64,000 nt of DNA from the NCBI GenBank assembly GCA_963667465.2, contig CAXXDN010000002.1:512001-576000 (forward strand), read 5' to 3'. The position numbers were made by a program, and so were the translations under genes. The notes below the pieces were generated by a model, which ran no database searches, was not told the origin of the DNA, and worked only from the letters and a program-made list of their open reading frames with translations. Shown piece after piece: positions 50,697-59,493 of the stretch (within the stretch, counting starts at the first letter, position 1; each line of letters opens with the position of its first letter). The DNA is from Dehalococcoidia bacterium. Its GTDB lineage: Bacteria; Chloroflexota; Dehalococcoidia; UBA2979.

Positions 50697-51238
50697 CGAC
50701 CGATCCTTCGCCATCGGGTAACGCCGGGCCCCCCGTGCTGCGCGTCGTGGGGCCGCAGATTCCGGCGCGCAACCTGCTCGTGATCGCCCTCGTCGAGGCG
50801 CTGCGCGCGCGCGGGCTGCGCACCGCCACCGCCGAGCTGCTCGCCGATGGCCGCGCCACGGTGACACTGCCCAGCGGCGGCCGCGTCACGCCCGCGCCTG
50901 GCGGAGTACCGCTCGACAGCGCCGCGACGCTCGCCGCCTTCATCGCCTCGCTCGACCCGCGCGCCGACCTCGTGATCGCCGAGGACTCCGAGGAGCCCGG
51001 CGTGGCGGCGGTCGCGTTGACGGCCTCGGGCGGCGAGGCTTCCGGAGGGGCCGTCGCGCCGGGCGATTTGCTCGCCTCGGTCGAGGCGGAACGCCTCGAG
51101 GGCGACTTCACGGCGCGCGGCGCCGAGGCGGTCGCGGAGCTGGCGGCGCTCGTCGAGGCGCGGCTGCTGCGCGGCGAGGCTGCGCCGGAGGGAGGCGGGC
51201 TGCTCGCCAGGCTGCGAGGGCGGCTGCGGGGCGGCTAG
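50693..51238 (+). CDS. MobB-like protein with a degenerate P-loop
   Basis: Overlaps the moeA stop; PVLRVVG...LVEALRARGLRTAT...ADLVIAE follows the MobB layout without GKT. Confidence 0.55.
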   Translation: MTTDPSPSGNAGPPVLRVVGPQIPARNLLVIALVEALRARGLRTATAELLADGRATVTLPSGGRVTPAPGGVPLDSAATLAAFIASLDPRADLVIAEDSEEPGVAAVALTASGGEASGGAVAPGDLLASVEAERLEGDFTARGAEAVAELAALVEARLLRGEAAPEGGGLLARLRGRLRGG

Positions 51239-51259
51239 CTAGATACGAGGACGGCGGCG

Positions 51260-51589
51260 CTAGATCACAGCCTCGAAGCCGCTGAACTCGCCGGTGGCTT
51301 CCTCCCAGCGGTACTCCACGTCGTGCACCACGGCCATGCGCGGGCCCTCGCGCAGGCGCTCGATGAAGCGGCGCAGCGTCGGCTCGTCCGCCTCGGCCTG
51401 GACTTCGACGCTGCGGCCGTCGGGCAGGTTGCGGGCGTAGCCGTCGACGTGCAGCCGCCCCGCCTCGTCGGCGCAGAAGGCGCGGTAGCCGACGCCCTGG
51501 ACGCGCCCGATGGCCTTCGCTACGAGGCGGCGAGGACTGCGCGGGTCGGCGCGGCTGCCGCCCTCGTTCGCACCGTTGCCCAGCGCCAC
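51260..51589 (-). CDS. acyP: Acylphosphatase
   Basis: GRVQGVGYR, GYARNLPDG.SVEV, GPRMA.V. Confidence 0.95.
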   Translation of the reverse strand: MALGNGANEGGSRADPRSPRRLVAKAIGRVQGVGYRAFCADEAGRLHVDGYARNLPDGRSVEVQAEADEPTLRRFIERLREGPRMAVVHDVEYRWEEATGEFSGFEAVI

Positions 51590-51599
51590 GCGGTCTGGC

Positions 51600-53297
51600 C
51601 TATCCGGCAGTGAGGGCGCGCACGACGTCGCGCACGATCTCGCCCGGCACGTCGCCGTGGACGACCGGGTGTCCGATCTCCTCGAGCAGCACGAAGCGCA
51701 GCCGCCCCGCCTCGACCTTCTTATCGAGGAGCATCGTCTCCATCACCGCCTCGGCGTTCACGCCCGGCGCGGCGAGCGGCAGGCCGAGCGTGCGCAGCAC
51801 GTCCGCCTGGCGGGCGACGACCTCGTTGTCGAGGATGCCCATGCGCTCGGCGATGCGGGCCGCGCCCATCATGCCGACGGAGACCGCCTCGCCGTGCAGG
51901 TAGTCCTCGTAGCCGGTCACCGCCTCAATCGCGTGGCCGATGGTGTGTCCGTAGTTGAGGATCGCGCGCAGCCCGCGCTCCTTCGGGTCGGCCGAGACGA
52001 TCAGCGCCTTGAGCCGCGAGGAGCGCGCGATCACGTGCGCCAGCAGCTCCTGGTCCGGCGCCAGACCGCCGAGGTCGCCCGCGTGCCGCTCGATCTCGCC
52101 GAGCAGCAGCGGGTCGAGGATCAGCGCGTGCTTCACCACCTCGGCGAGGCCCTCGGTGAAGGCGCGACGCGGCAACGTGCGCAGCAGGTCGATGTCGGAG
52201 AGGACGGCGCGCGGCTGGTGGAAGGCGCCGACGAGGTTCTTGCCGCCCGGCAGGTCGACGGCGACCTTGCCGCCGATCGCCGCGTCGTTCATCGCCAGCA
52301 CGGAGGTCGGCACCTGCACGAAAGGCATCCCGCGCAGGTAGGTGGCCGCCACGTAGCCGGCGAGGTCGCCGACCACGCCGCCTCCGAAGGCGAGCACCGT
52401 ATCGCGGCGCTCCGCGCGCGACTGCGCGAGCCAGCCGTAGATCTCCTCGGCGGCGCGCAGGCTCTTCGAGGTCTCGCCTGGCGGGACGACGTAGGAGGCG
52501 CCGCGGTAGCCGCCGCTGTCGAGCGCGTCGACAAGCAGCTCGCCGTGCGCCTCCATAACCGACTCGTCGGCGATCACGTACACGGAGCCCTCGAGGCCGA
52601 GCAGGCGCAGCCGCTCGGGCAGCCGCATCAGCTCGCCGGCGCCGACCCAGATCGGGTAGCGCTCGCTGCCCGTGTCGACGATCGCGGCCGGGCCGGCGAC
52701 GGGCTGGGGGCTGCCGAGGCGCTCGAGGCGGCGCGCACCGCCGGCGGGCACGTCCGCGCCGCCCGACCAGGCCTGCAGGATGCGATCCGCCACGTCCTCC
52801 GGGGACATGCCCTGCGCGGGCGTCCAGAGGTCGGCCTGGCTGTAGTGGATGCGCCGCTCGTCGCTCAGCTCCTGCAGGCGGCCCTCGAGGTCCTCGCCGA
52901 GCAGCGGGCGCTCCGTGGAGTCCGGCGCGTCGCGCAGGCGGCGCGCGATCTCTGCGGGCGCGGCGTCGAGCCAGCAGATCAGCCCGCGCTCCCCGAGGGC
53001 GCGTCGCGAGCGGGAGCTGAGGAAGGCGCCGCCGCCGAGCGAGATCACGGCCGGCGTGCGCCGCGCGGCCTCGGCCACCACGCGCTCCTCGACCTTACGG
53101 AATTCCGGCTCGCCGCGGGTCGTGATCAGCTCCGCCGGCGAGCGGCCCTCCAGCTCGGTGACGAGGTCGTCGGTGTCGATCAGCGGCCAGCCAAGGCGTT
53201 CGGCGAGGATCGCGCCCACCGAGGACTTGCCGACGCCGCTGAGGCCGATCAGCACGATCTGCTGCAGCGGAACCTCCGCCCGCTCGTTGGCGCTCAT
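51600..53297 (-). CDS. aroB: Fused shikimate kinase and 3-dehydroquinate synthase (AroK-AroB)
   Basis: GLSGVGKSSVG, DTD, GEPEFR..E, SLGGG, RPLL; then GETSKS, GGGVVGDLAG..AATYLRG, GGK, KNLVGAFHQP, LNYGHTIGHA, HGEAV. Confidence 0.96.
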   Translation of the reverse strand: MSANERAEVPLQQIVLIGLSGVGKSSVGAILAERLGWPLIDTDDLVTELEGRSPAELITTRGEPEFRKVEERVVAEAARRTPAVISLGGGAFLSSRSRRALGERGLICWLDAAPAEIARRLRDAPDSTERPLLGEDLEGRLQELSDERRIHYSQADLWTPAQGMSPEDVADRILQAWSGGADVPAGGARRLERLGSPQPVAGPAAIVDTGSERYPIWVGAGELMRLPERLRLLGLEGSVYVIADESVMEAHGELLVDALDSGGYRGASYVVPPGETSKSLRAAEEIYGWLAQSRAERRDTVLAFGGGVVGDLAGYVAATYLRGMPFVQVPTSVLAMNDAAIGGKVAVDLPGGKNLVGAFHQPRAVLSDIDLLRTLPRRAFTEGLAEVVKHALILDPLLLGEIERHAGDLGGLAPDQELLAHVIARSSRLKALIVSADPKERGLRAILNYGHTIGHAIEAVTGYEDYLHGEAVSVGMMGAARIAERMGILDNEVVARQADVLRTLGLPLAAPGVNAEAVMETMLLDKKVEAGRLRFVLLEEIGHPVVHGDVPGEIVRDVVRALTAG

Positions 53298-54478
53298 GCG
53301 TCCGGCTCCCGCGGGCCGACCGTCGCCTGGAAGGCCTCGTAGTTGCGCAGGAACTCGTCGATGTGGTCGCCGCCGAACTTCTCGAGGGCGGCGTCGGCGA
53401 GCGTCATCAGCACCATCGCCTCGCCGATCACGCCCGCCGCCGGGACCACGCAGGTGTCGGCGCGCTCGAAGAAGGCCTGGGCTTCCTCGCCGGTCAGCAG
53501 GTCGGCGGTGGGCAGGCGGCGGGCGAGGGTGGCGATTGGCTTGAGCGCGCCGCGCACGATCAGCTCCTCGCCGTTGGTCATGCCCGCCTCGAGGCCGCCC
53601 GCGCGGTTGGTGCGCCGCTCCCACGGCCGGTCGCTCCACTGCGAAGCGGGCAGCAGCTGGTCGTGAACCTCGGAGCCGGGCTTGCGTGCGTTGTCGAAGG
53701 CGGGGCCGATCTCGACGCCCTTGACGGCGTTGATCGCGAGGATCGCCTGCGCGATCTGCCCGTCCAGGCGCCGGTCCCACTGCACGTGCGCCCCGAGGCC
53801 GAATGGCAGCCCGCTCGCGCGCACCTCGAAGATGCCGCCCAGGCTGTCGTGCGCGTCCTTCGCCGCGTCGATCGCCGCGATCATGCGCGGCTCCGCCTCG
53901 CGGTCGGCGACCCGCACCGGCGAGGCCTCGACGGCCTCCCAGTCGATCGCGCCCTCGGGCGGGGCAGCCTCCACGTCGCCGATCGCGATCGTGTGCGAGC
54001 GCACCGCGACGCCGATCCCGGCGAGCAGCGCGCGCGCGATCGCCCCCGCGCCGACGCGCATCGCGGTCTCGCGCGCGCTCGAGCGTTCGAGGATCTGGCG
54101 CACGTCGTCGAGTTGGTACTTCTGCGTGCCGGCGAGGTCGGCGTGGCCGGGCCGCAGCAGCGTGACGCGCTCGACCTCCTCGTCGACCTCCTCGGTGGCC
54201 ATGCGCACGCGCCAGTTGGCGTTGTCGTGGTCCTTGTTGCGCAGCCAGAGCGCAATCGGCGATCCGATCGTGCGCCCGTGACGGACGCCCGAGGTGATCT
54301 CGGCGCGGTCGGTCTCGATCTGCTGGCGCTTGCCGCGCCCGTAGCCGCGCTGCCTGCGCCCCAGGTCGATGGCGATCATGTCTTCGTCGATGCGCAGCCC
54401 GGCGGGGACGCCCTCGACGATCACGGTCAGCGCCTTGCCGTGCGACTCGCCCGCGGTGAGGAAGCGGAAACGGCTCAC
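53294..54478 (-). CDS. aroC: Chorismate synthase
   Basis: TAGESHG, RPGHAD, ERSSARETA, INAVKGVEIG, NRAGGLEAGMTNG, ERAD.C.VP. Confidence 0.98.
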   Translation of the reverse strand: MSRFRFLTAGESHGKALTVIVEGVPAGLRIDEDMIAIDLGRRQRGYGRGKRQQIETDRAEITSGVRHGRTIGSPIALWLRNKDHDNANWRVRMATEEVDEEVERVTLLRPGHADLAGTQKYQLDDVRQILERSSARETAMRVGAGAIARALLAGIGVAVRSHTIAIGDVEAAPPEGAIDWEAVEASPVRVADREAEPRMIAAIDAAKDAHDSLGGIFEVRASGLPFGLGAHVQWDRRLDGQIAQAILAINAVKGVEIGPAFDNARKPGSEVHDQLLPASQWSDRPWERRTNRAGGLEAGMTNGEELIVRGALKPIATLARRLPTADLLTGEEAQAFFERADTCVVPAAGVIGEAMVLMTLADAALEKFGGDHIDEFLRNYEAFQATVGPREPDA

Positions 54479-55131
54479 GATGCGCCCTCCACGCTGGCGG
54501 GCGCAGCCGCCGGCTTCGCGTCCGCCTCCGGCTCGATCAGCGCGCCCGCCTCGGGGTCGAGCGGGGCGTCTGGCTGGCGCTCGCGCGTGTGCCAGGTGGC
54601 GAGGATCTCCTCGAAGCCCAGCTCGTCCCAGTAGGTCTCCGCGCCTTCTTCGCGCGTCAGCTGCGTGGTCAGCAGGCAGACGGACTCTGTGACGCCTTCG
54701 GGGTCGCGGTACTCGGTGTAGACGTCGACCTGCACGGCGTCGAAGCGGATCAGCGGGATCTCGTAGAGCAGCCGCTCGGCCATCATCACGGCCGAGCGGC
54801 GCGCGACGTGGATCGCCCCGCCGACCTCGTCGCGCACGCCGTCGACGACGCGGATGTCGGGGTCGGCGAGCAGCGAGACGCGGCAGCGCGTGCTGTCGGC
54901 GGCAACGATCCCGGCCGACTGCAGCGCGCGCCAGTCCGAGGGGATCACGTCGCGGTCGGGGCGCATCCGCCGCCAGGTGTCGAAGGCCTCGAGCAGCGCG
55001 GCGCGCATTGCGGCCTCGTCGCCCTGCGCGATCGCGCGCCGCCAGTAGCGGTGGCCGAAGAAGGACTGGACGATCACCCAGCCCAACGCGCCGCCGATCA
55101 CGACTGTCAGGATGATCCCGATCTCGATCAC
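54475..55131 (-). CDS. Hypothetical protein with an N-terminal TM helix, within the aro operon
   Basis: GTG overlapping the aroE stop: MIEIGIILTVVIGGALGWVIVQSFF...; its stop overlaps the aroC start. Confidence 0.8.
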   Translation of the reverse strand: MIEIGIILTVVIGGALGWVIVQSFFGHRYWRRAIAQGDEAAMRAALLEAFDTWRRMRPDRDVIPSDWRALQSAGIVAADSTRCRVSLLADPDIRVVDGVRDEVGGAIHVARRSAVMMAERLLYEIPLIRFDAVQVDVYTEYRDPEGVTESVCLLTTQLTREEGAETYWDELGFEEILATWHTRERQPDAPLDPEAGALIEPEADAKPAAAPASVEGAS

Positions 55132-56006
55132 GGCAGCGACTCCTGAGCTGCGAGTGCGGCGCGGGCGGCCCCGAACATCACCTCGAGCGGGGGCTCGAGG
55201 CCGGTCCAGAGGCGGAACGACTCTGCGCCCTGGTGGACCAGCATGCCCAACCCGCCGATCGGCCGGGCGCCCGCAGCTCCGGCGGCGTGCAGGAACGGCG
55301 TGCGCTCGGGTGTGTAGACCAGGTCGAAGGCGGCCTGCCCCGGCTGGAAGCAAGCCGCCGGCAGGGGTGTCGCCGCCTCGTCCGGCCCGTGGCGCATCCC
55401 CAGCGAGGTCGAGTGTATCACCAGCCCCGCGCGCTCCAGCGCCGCGCGCAGCGGCCTCGTGTCCACGTCCAGCGGGCAGACGCGCAGCTCGAGGGGCGGC
55501 GTAGCGCCCTCCTCGGCGACCTCGTGCAGCGCCTCCGCGCGCTCCGGCGTGCGGTTGGCGACGGTGAGCGAGCGCGCGCCGCCCGCGCGCAGCGCCGCGA
55601 CCACAGCGCGAGCCGCACCACCCGCGCCGATCAGCACCACCTCGATGTCCTCGAGGGCGACCGAGGCGTCGGCGAGCGCGCGCTGCACGCCGGCGACGTC
55701 GGTGTTGGTGGCGTGCAGCACGCCGTCGTCGCGGCGGACAAGCGTGTTGGCCGCGCCGATGCGCCGCGCGACGGCGTCGGCGGAGTCGGCGAGGCGCAGC
55801 GCCTCGAGCTTGTGAGGGACGGTCACGTTGGCGCCGAGCACGGCGGGGTCGCGCAGCCGTTCGAGGGCGTCCGGCACGTCCGCGGGGGGCGTGTCCCAGG
55901 CCTCGTAGCGCGCCTCGACGCCGAGCGCGTCGAGGGCGGCCTGCTGGAAGGCAGGCGAGATCGAGTGGGCAACCGGGTGTCCGAGCAGCGCGATGGTCTG
56001 CGTCAT
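55128..56006 (-). CDS. aroE: Shikimate dehydrogenase
   Basis: GHPVAHSISP, GANVTVPHK, GAANT, NTDVAG, GAGGAARA, NRT, DLVY.P..T, GLGMLVHQGA. Confidence 0.97.
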   Translation of the reverse strand: MTQTIALLGHPVAHSISPAFQQAALDALGVEARYEAWDTPPADVPDALERLRDPAVLGANVTVPHKLEALRLADSADAVARRIGAANTLVRRDDGVLHATNTDVAGVQRALADASVALEDIEVVLIGAGGAARAVVAALRAGGARSLTVANRTPERAEALHEVAEEGATPPLELRVCPLDVDTRPLRAALERAGLVIHSTSLGMRHGPDEAATPLPAACFQPGQAAFDLVYTPERTPFLHAAGAAGARPIGGLGMLVHQGAESFRLWTGLEPPLEVMFGAARAALAAQESLP

Positions 56007-56058
56007 GGCCCAAGCGTCCGCCAGCCGGCGCTCACGCGCCAGCGGCGCGCCCTCCGCG

Positions 56059-56268
56059 CCCTCCGATCCCCTCGCCCCTGGCGGGAGAGGGTGAGGGTGA
56101 GGGGGATCCGCGCAGTTGCGCGGCCAGCGAGGCAGTCCGGCTCCCTCCGATCCCCTCTCCCCCGGCGGGAGAGGGTGAGGGTGAGGGGGATCCGCGCAGT
56201 TGCGCGGCCAGCGAGGCAGTCCGGCTCCCTCTCCCCCAGCGGGAGAGGGTGAGGGGGATCCGGCCAGC
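56059..56268. repeat. 84-bp tandem repeat (two full units and one partial) built on a BoxC-like palindrome
   Basis: Units start at 56059, 56143 and 56227: CCCTCCGATCCCCTC(G/T)CCCC.GGCGGGAGAGGGTGAGGGTGAGGGGGATCCGCGCAGTTGCGCGGCCAGCGAGGCAGTCCGGCT. Confidence 0.92.
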
Positions 56269-56292
56269 GGCTACCCGAGGGTCAGCCGGCGG

Positions 56293-56544
56293 TCAGCCGA
56301 GCGAGACTGCGAGGCAGGTGGTGGTGCGTTGCACGCCGGCGACGGACTGCAGTTCCTTGGTGATGCACTTGCCGAGCTGGTCGAGGTCCTCGGCGTCGAG
56401 CTGGACGATGACGTCGTAGGGGCCGGTGACGGTGTCGACGGCGGTAACGGTGGCGAGCTCGGACGCGAGGTCGCGCATGGCGCGCCCGACTGCCTGGGTC
56501 CTCCCCACCTCGGTCTCGACGAGGATGTAGCCGCGAACGCTCAC
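56293..56544 (-). CDS. Stand-alone Lrp/AsnC ligand-binding domain protein
   Basis: GYILVETEVG, VTGPYDVIV, GVQRTTTC; SD AAAGGAG. Confidence 0.9.
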   Translation of the reverse strand: MSVRGYILVETEVGRTQAVGRAMRDLASELATVTAVDTVTGPYDVIVQLDAEDLDQLGKCITKELQSVAGVQRTTTCLAVSLG

Positions 56545-56727
56545 GGGGTGCTCCTTTCGGGAGTGCGATGTGTGGGGATTGTAGGGGACGGGGGTAGGGG
56601 GCGGCGCATGGAACGGGTGTTCGCGGTACTGTGTGGCCGCAACCGAGTGCGAGCTCGCGGTTTACGCGCACATGCCCCTTGATGTATCCTTCCGCTATTG
56701 CAGATAAGCAGAAGGTGAGGGTGACCG

Positions 56728-57420
56728 ATGGTCGGCGAAACGACTCCAGTGCTGAACGTCACTGCGTGGTGGGCACTGCGACAGCAATTCAAGCGCACGC
56801 TGCCGCCGCTTGTAACCGAGATGTACCTGGCCACAGTGCTCTCCCTAAAGGACGGCCCGGCCCGGAATGTGCTGCGCAACCTCAGGATGCTCGGCCTCGT
56901 GGGAGAGGAGAACCAACCGACTGAGCTGGCGAACCGCTGGCGGGACGATGAACAGTACCGGGCTGCGTGCGAAGAGATCGTGGCGCGCGCTTACCCTGAC
57001 GAGCTTCGTGCGGCAGTGCCGGGTCCTGACCCGGACCCGGCCAAAGCGGCTCAGTGGTTCCTGCGAAGTCGGCGGCTCGGGGAGGGCGCAGCCAAGAATG
57101 CTGCGCGGACGTACGTCCTGATCGCTTCGGCGAAGCTGCCCGACGAGCCTGGTGCGGCTGCTACTCGCACGCCGGGCGCTCCTGCTCGCAAAGGAGGCTC
57201 GGCGAGGAAGGCACTGCGAACGCCGAAGGAAACTCGCTCACGCACCAAGGGGGCCCGAGCGGGTGCTGCACAGCGGCCTGAGATGGCAGGTGGGTTCGAA
57301 ATGCCTCGCCCGCAGATCGCCGTGCAGATCAACATCGCTCCCGATATGTCGGCGGAGCAGATCGACCAGGTCTTCGCAAGCATGGCGAGGCACCTCTACA
57401 GCGGGGCGGGTGTCGAGTAA
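56728..57420 (+). CDS. DUF5343-like protein
   Basis: WWALRQQFKRTLP..VT..YLA, NLRMLGLV, RWRDDEQY, C-terminal VQINIAPDMSAEQIDQVFASMARHLY. Confidence 0.7.
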   Translation: MVGETTPVLNVTAWWALRQQFKRTLPPLVTEMYLATVLSLKDGPARNVLRNLRMLGLVGEENQPTELANRWRDDEQYRAACEEIVARAYPDELRAAVPGPDPDPAKAAQWFLRSRRLGEGAAKNAARTYVLIASAKLPDEPGAAATRTPGAPARKGGSARKALRTPKETRSRTKGARAGAAQRPEMAGGFEMPRPQIAVQINIAPDMSAEQIDQVFASMARHLYSGAGVE

Positions 57421-57423
57421 GCC

Positions 57424-57912
57424 GTGAACCACGAGCCATTGCTCCTTGCGGCGCGCGGGCTTGCGCTGGCCGCCCGTGCTGGTGCATCTCGTCGCGTGCC
57501 CAGCGGCGAACCCCTCGAACTCTTCGACGCGGTTGTGACACACCCGTTGCTCACCAGCGCTACCCGCCAACTATTCGCGGACGGGCATTACGCTCGCGCC
57601 GTCGAGCAAGGATTCAAGGCCGTGAACAGCGTCGTGAAGAAGCGCACCGGATTCGCTGACGAGGGGCGCCCACTGATGGAACGGGCATTCTCGCCGAAGA
57701 CGCCCAGGCTCGCGGTGAACAACCTAAAGGTCCGCACCGAGAAGGACGAGCAAACCGGGGTCATGTTCTTGTTTGCTGGCGCCATGGCTGGGATCCGCAA
57801 CGTGCGAACGCACGACCTCACGCATGTAGACGATGCAGCGACGGCGCTCGAGCTGTTGGGGTTCGCGAACTACCTCATGCGCATCGCCGAGGCGGCATCG
57901 ATCAGGAACTAG
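57424..57912 (+). CDS. TIGR02391-family (Ymh-like, HEPN) protein
   Basis: HP, LF.DGHY..AV..GFKAV, G..LME.AFS, EQ.G.MFLFAGAMAGIRNVRTH. Confidence 0.85.
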   Translation: MNHEPLLLAARGLALAARAGASRRVPSGEPLELFDAVVTHPLLTSATRQLFADGHYARAVEQGFKAVNSVVKKRTGFADEGRPLMERAFSPKTPRLAVNNLKVRTEKDEQTGVMFLFAGAMAGIRNVRTHDLTHVDDAATALELLGFANYLMRIAEAASIRN

Positions 57913-57984
57913 ACCGCGCGAGCCAGCTCTGACGCTCGACCCGCACCCTTCCCCCTCCCCTGCCCCCTCCATACACTCCCCTGC

Positions 57985-59052
57985 ATGACCGCCAACCCCC
58001 CTGCTGACCTCGATACCCTCGCGCGAGAGTGGCGTGCGGCGCTCGCGCGCGCGGGCGACGAGGAGGCCGTCGAGGAGTGGCGGCGCTCCGTGCTCGGGCG
58101 CTCGGGGGCCCTCACCGGCGTGCTGCGCGGGCTCTCCGCGCTGCCGCCCGAGGAGCGGCGCGCGACCGGGCAGGCTGCCAACGCGCTCAAGCGCGACCTC
58201 GAGGCGGATCTCGAGGCGCGCCGGGAGGAACTGCGCGCCGCCGCGCTTGCCTCGCAACTTGCCGGGGGCGCGGTCGATGTGACGCTGCCCGGCAGACGCC
58301 GCCGCCGCGGCGGGCTGCACCCCGTGACGCAGACGCTGCAGGAGATCCTCGACGCCTTCACGCGCATGGGCTTCGCCACCGTCGAGGGCCCCGAGGTCGA
58401 ACTCGACGACTACAACTTCACCCGCCTGCGCATCCCCGAGGACCACCCCGCGCGCGATATGTGGGACACCTTCTGGCTCGACGAGGACGTGGACGGCGAG
58501 CAGCCGCTGCTGCTCCGCACGCATACCTCGCCGATGCAGATCCGCTACCTCGACGCCCACGACGAGCCGCCCGTGCGCATCGCGGTGCCGGGCCGCTGCT
58601 ACCGCTACGAGGCGACCGACGCGACGCACGAGTGGATGATGACCCAGGTCGAGCTGCTCGCCGTCGACGAGGGCGTCTCGCTCGCCGACCTCAAGGGCAC
58701 GCTGCTGGAGTTCGCCCGCCAGCTCTTCGGCGGCGAGCGCCGCGTGCTGCTGCGGCACTCCTACTTCCCTTTCGTCGAGCCCGGCGTGGAGGTCGCCGTC
58801 GACTGCTTCTCCTGCCCCGGCGACAACCCGGCCTGCGCGGTCTGCCGCGGCAGCGGCTGGCTCGAGATCCTCGGCGCGGGGATGGTGCATCCCGAGGTGC
58901 TCGCCGCCTCGGGCTTCGACCCGGATCGCTACACCGGCTTCGCCGCCGGCATGGGCGTCGAGCGGATCGCGATGCTGCGCTACGGCATCGAGGACATCCG
59001 CAACTTCTACGCCAACGACCTGCGCTTCCTGCGCCAGTTCCAGGGGGTGTGA
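57985..59052 (+). CDS. pheS: Phenylalanine--tRNA ligase alpha subunit
   Basis: HPARDMWDTF, LLRTHTSPMQ, DATH, YFPFVEPG, WLEILGAGMVHP, GMGVERIAMLRY, NDLRFL.QF. Confidence 0.98.
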   Translation: MTANPPADLDTLAREWRAALARAGDEEAVEEWRRSVLGRSGALTGVLRGLSALPPEERRATGQAANALKRDLEADLEARREELRAAALASQLAGGAVDVTLPGRRRRRGGLHPVTQTLQEILDAFTRMGFATVEGPEVELDDYNFTRLRIPEDHPARDMWDTFWLDEDVDGEQPLLLRTHTSPMQIRYLDAHDEPPVRIAVPGRCYRYEATDATHEWMMTQVELLAVDEGVSLADLKGTLLEFARQLFGGERRVLLRHSYFPFVEPGVEVAVDCFSCPGDNPACAVCRGSGWLEILGAGMVHPEVLAASGFDPDRYTGFAAGMGVERIAMLRYGIEDIRNFYANDLRFLRQFQGV

Positions 59053-59054
59053 CG

Positions 59055-59480
59055 ATGTCCGATGACACTGCGGCCAGCGACATCGAGGCGCCCGAGCCGC
59101 CCCCTGCGGGCGACCCAAACCTCGGCTATTTCTCGGTCAGCCTGTCGGTGAGCGACCTCGCGGTCTCGCAGGAGTTCTACGAGCAGCTCGGCTTCGAGCC
59201 GCTCGGCGGCGGCGAGGGCTGGCTGATGATGCGCCAGGGCGGCGCGATGATCGGCCTCTTCGAGGGGATGTTCGAGGGCAACATCCTGACCTTCAATCCT
59301 CCCGACGTGCGCGCCGTCCGCAGCCGCCTCGCCGAGCGCGGCCTCGAGACCGAGCTGCTGCACGAGATGCCGGACGGCCAGGACCCCTCGGTCGCGCTCC
59401 CGGCCACCGGGGACGAGGGCCCGGCGCACGTCGTCCTCGAAGACCCGGATGGCAACGCCATCCTGCTCGACCAGTTCTAG
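59055..59480 (+). CDS. VOC/glyoxalase family protein
   Basis: LGYFSVSLSVSDL..SQEFYEQLGF, IGLFEGMFEGNILTFNP, GPAH..LEDPDGNAILLDQ. Confidence 0.88.
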   Translation: MSDDTAASDIEAPEPPPAGDPNLGYFSVSLSVSDLAVSQEFYEQLGFEPLGGGEGWLMMRQGGAMIGLFEGMFEGNILTFNPPDVRAVRSRLAERGLETELLHEMPDGQDPSVALPATGDEGPAHVVLEDPDGNAILLDQF

Positions 59481-59493
59481 CGAGGCCTGCCGA

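Noticed and set aside
51600-53297. AroK-AroB fusion as a novelty
   Set aside because: The fusion is real but already known from several bacterial groups.
56059-56268. CRISPR array
   Set aside because: The units are near-identical along their whole length with no unique spacers, and there are no cas genes.
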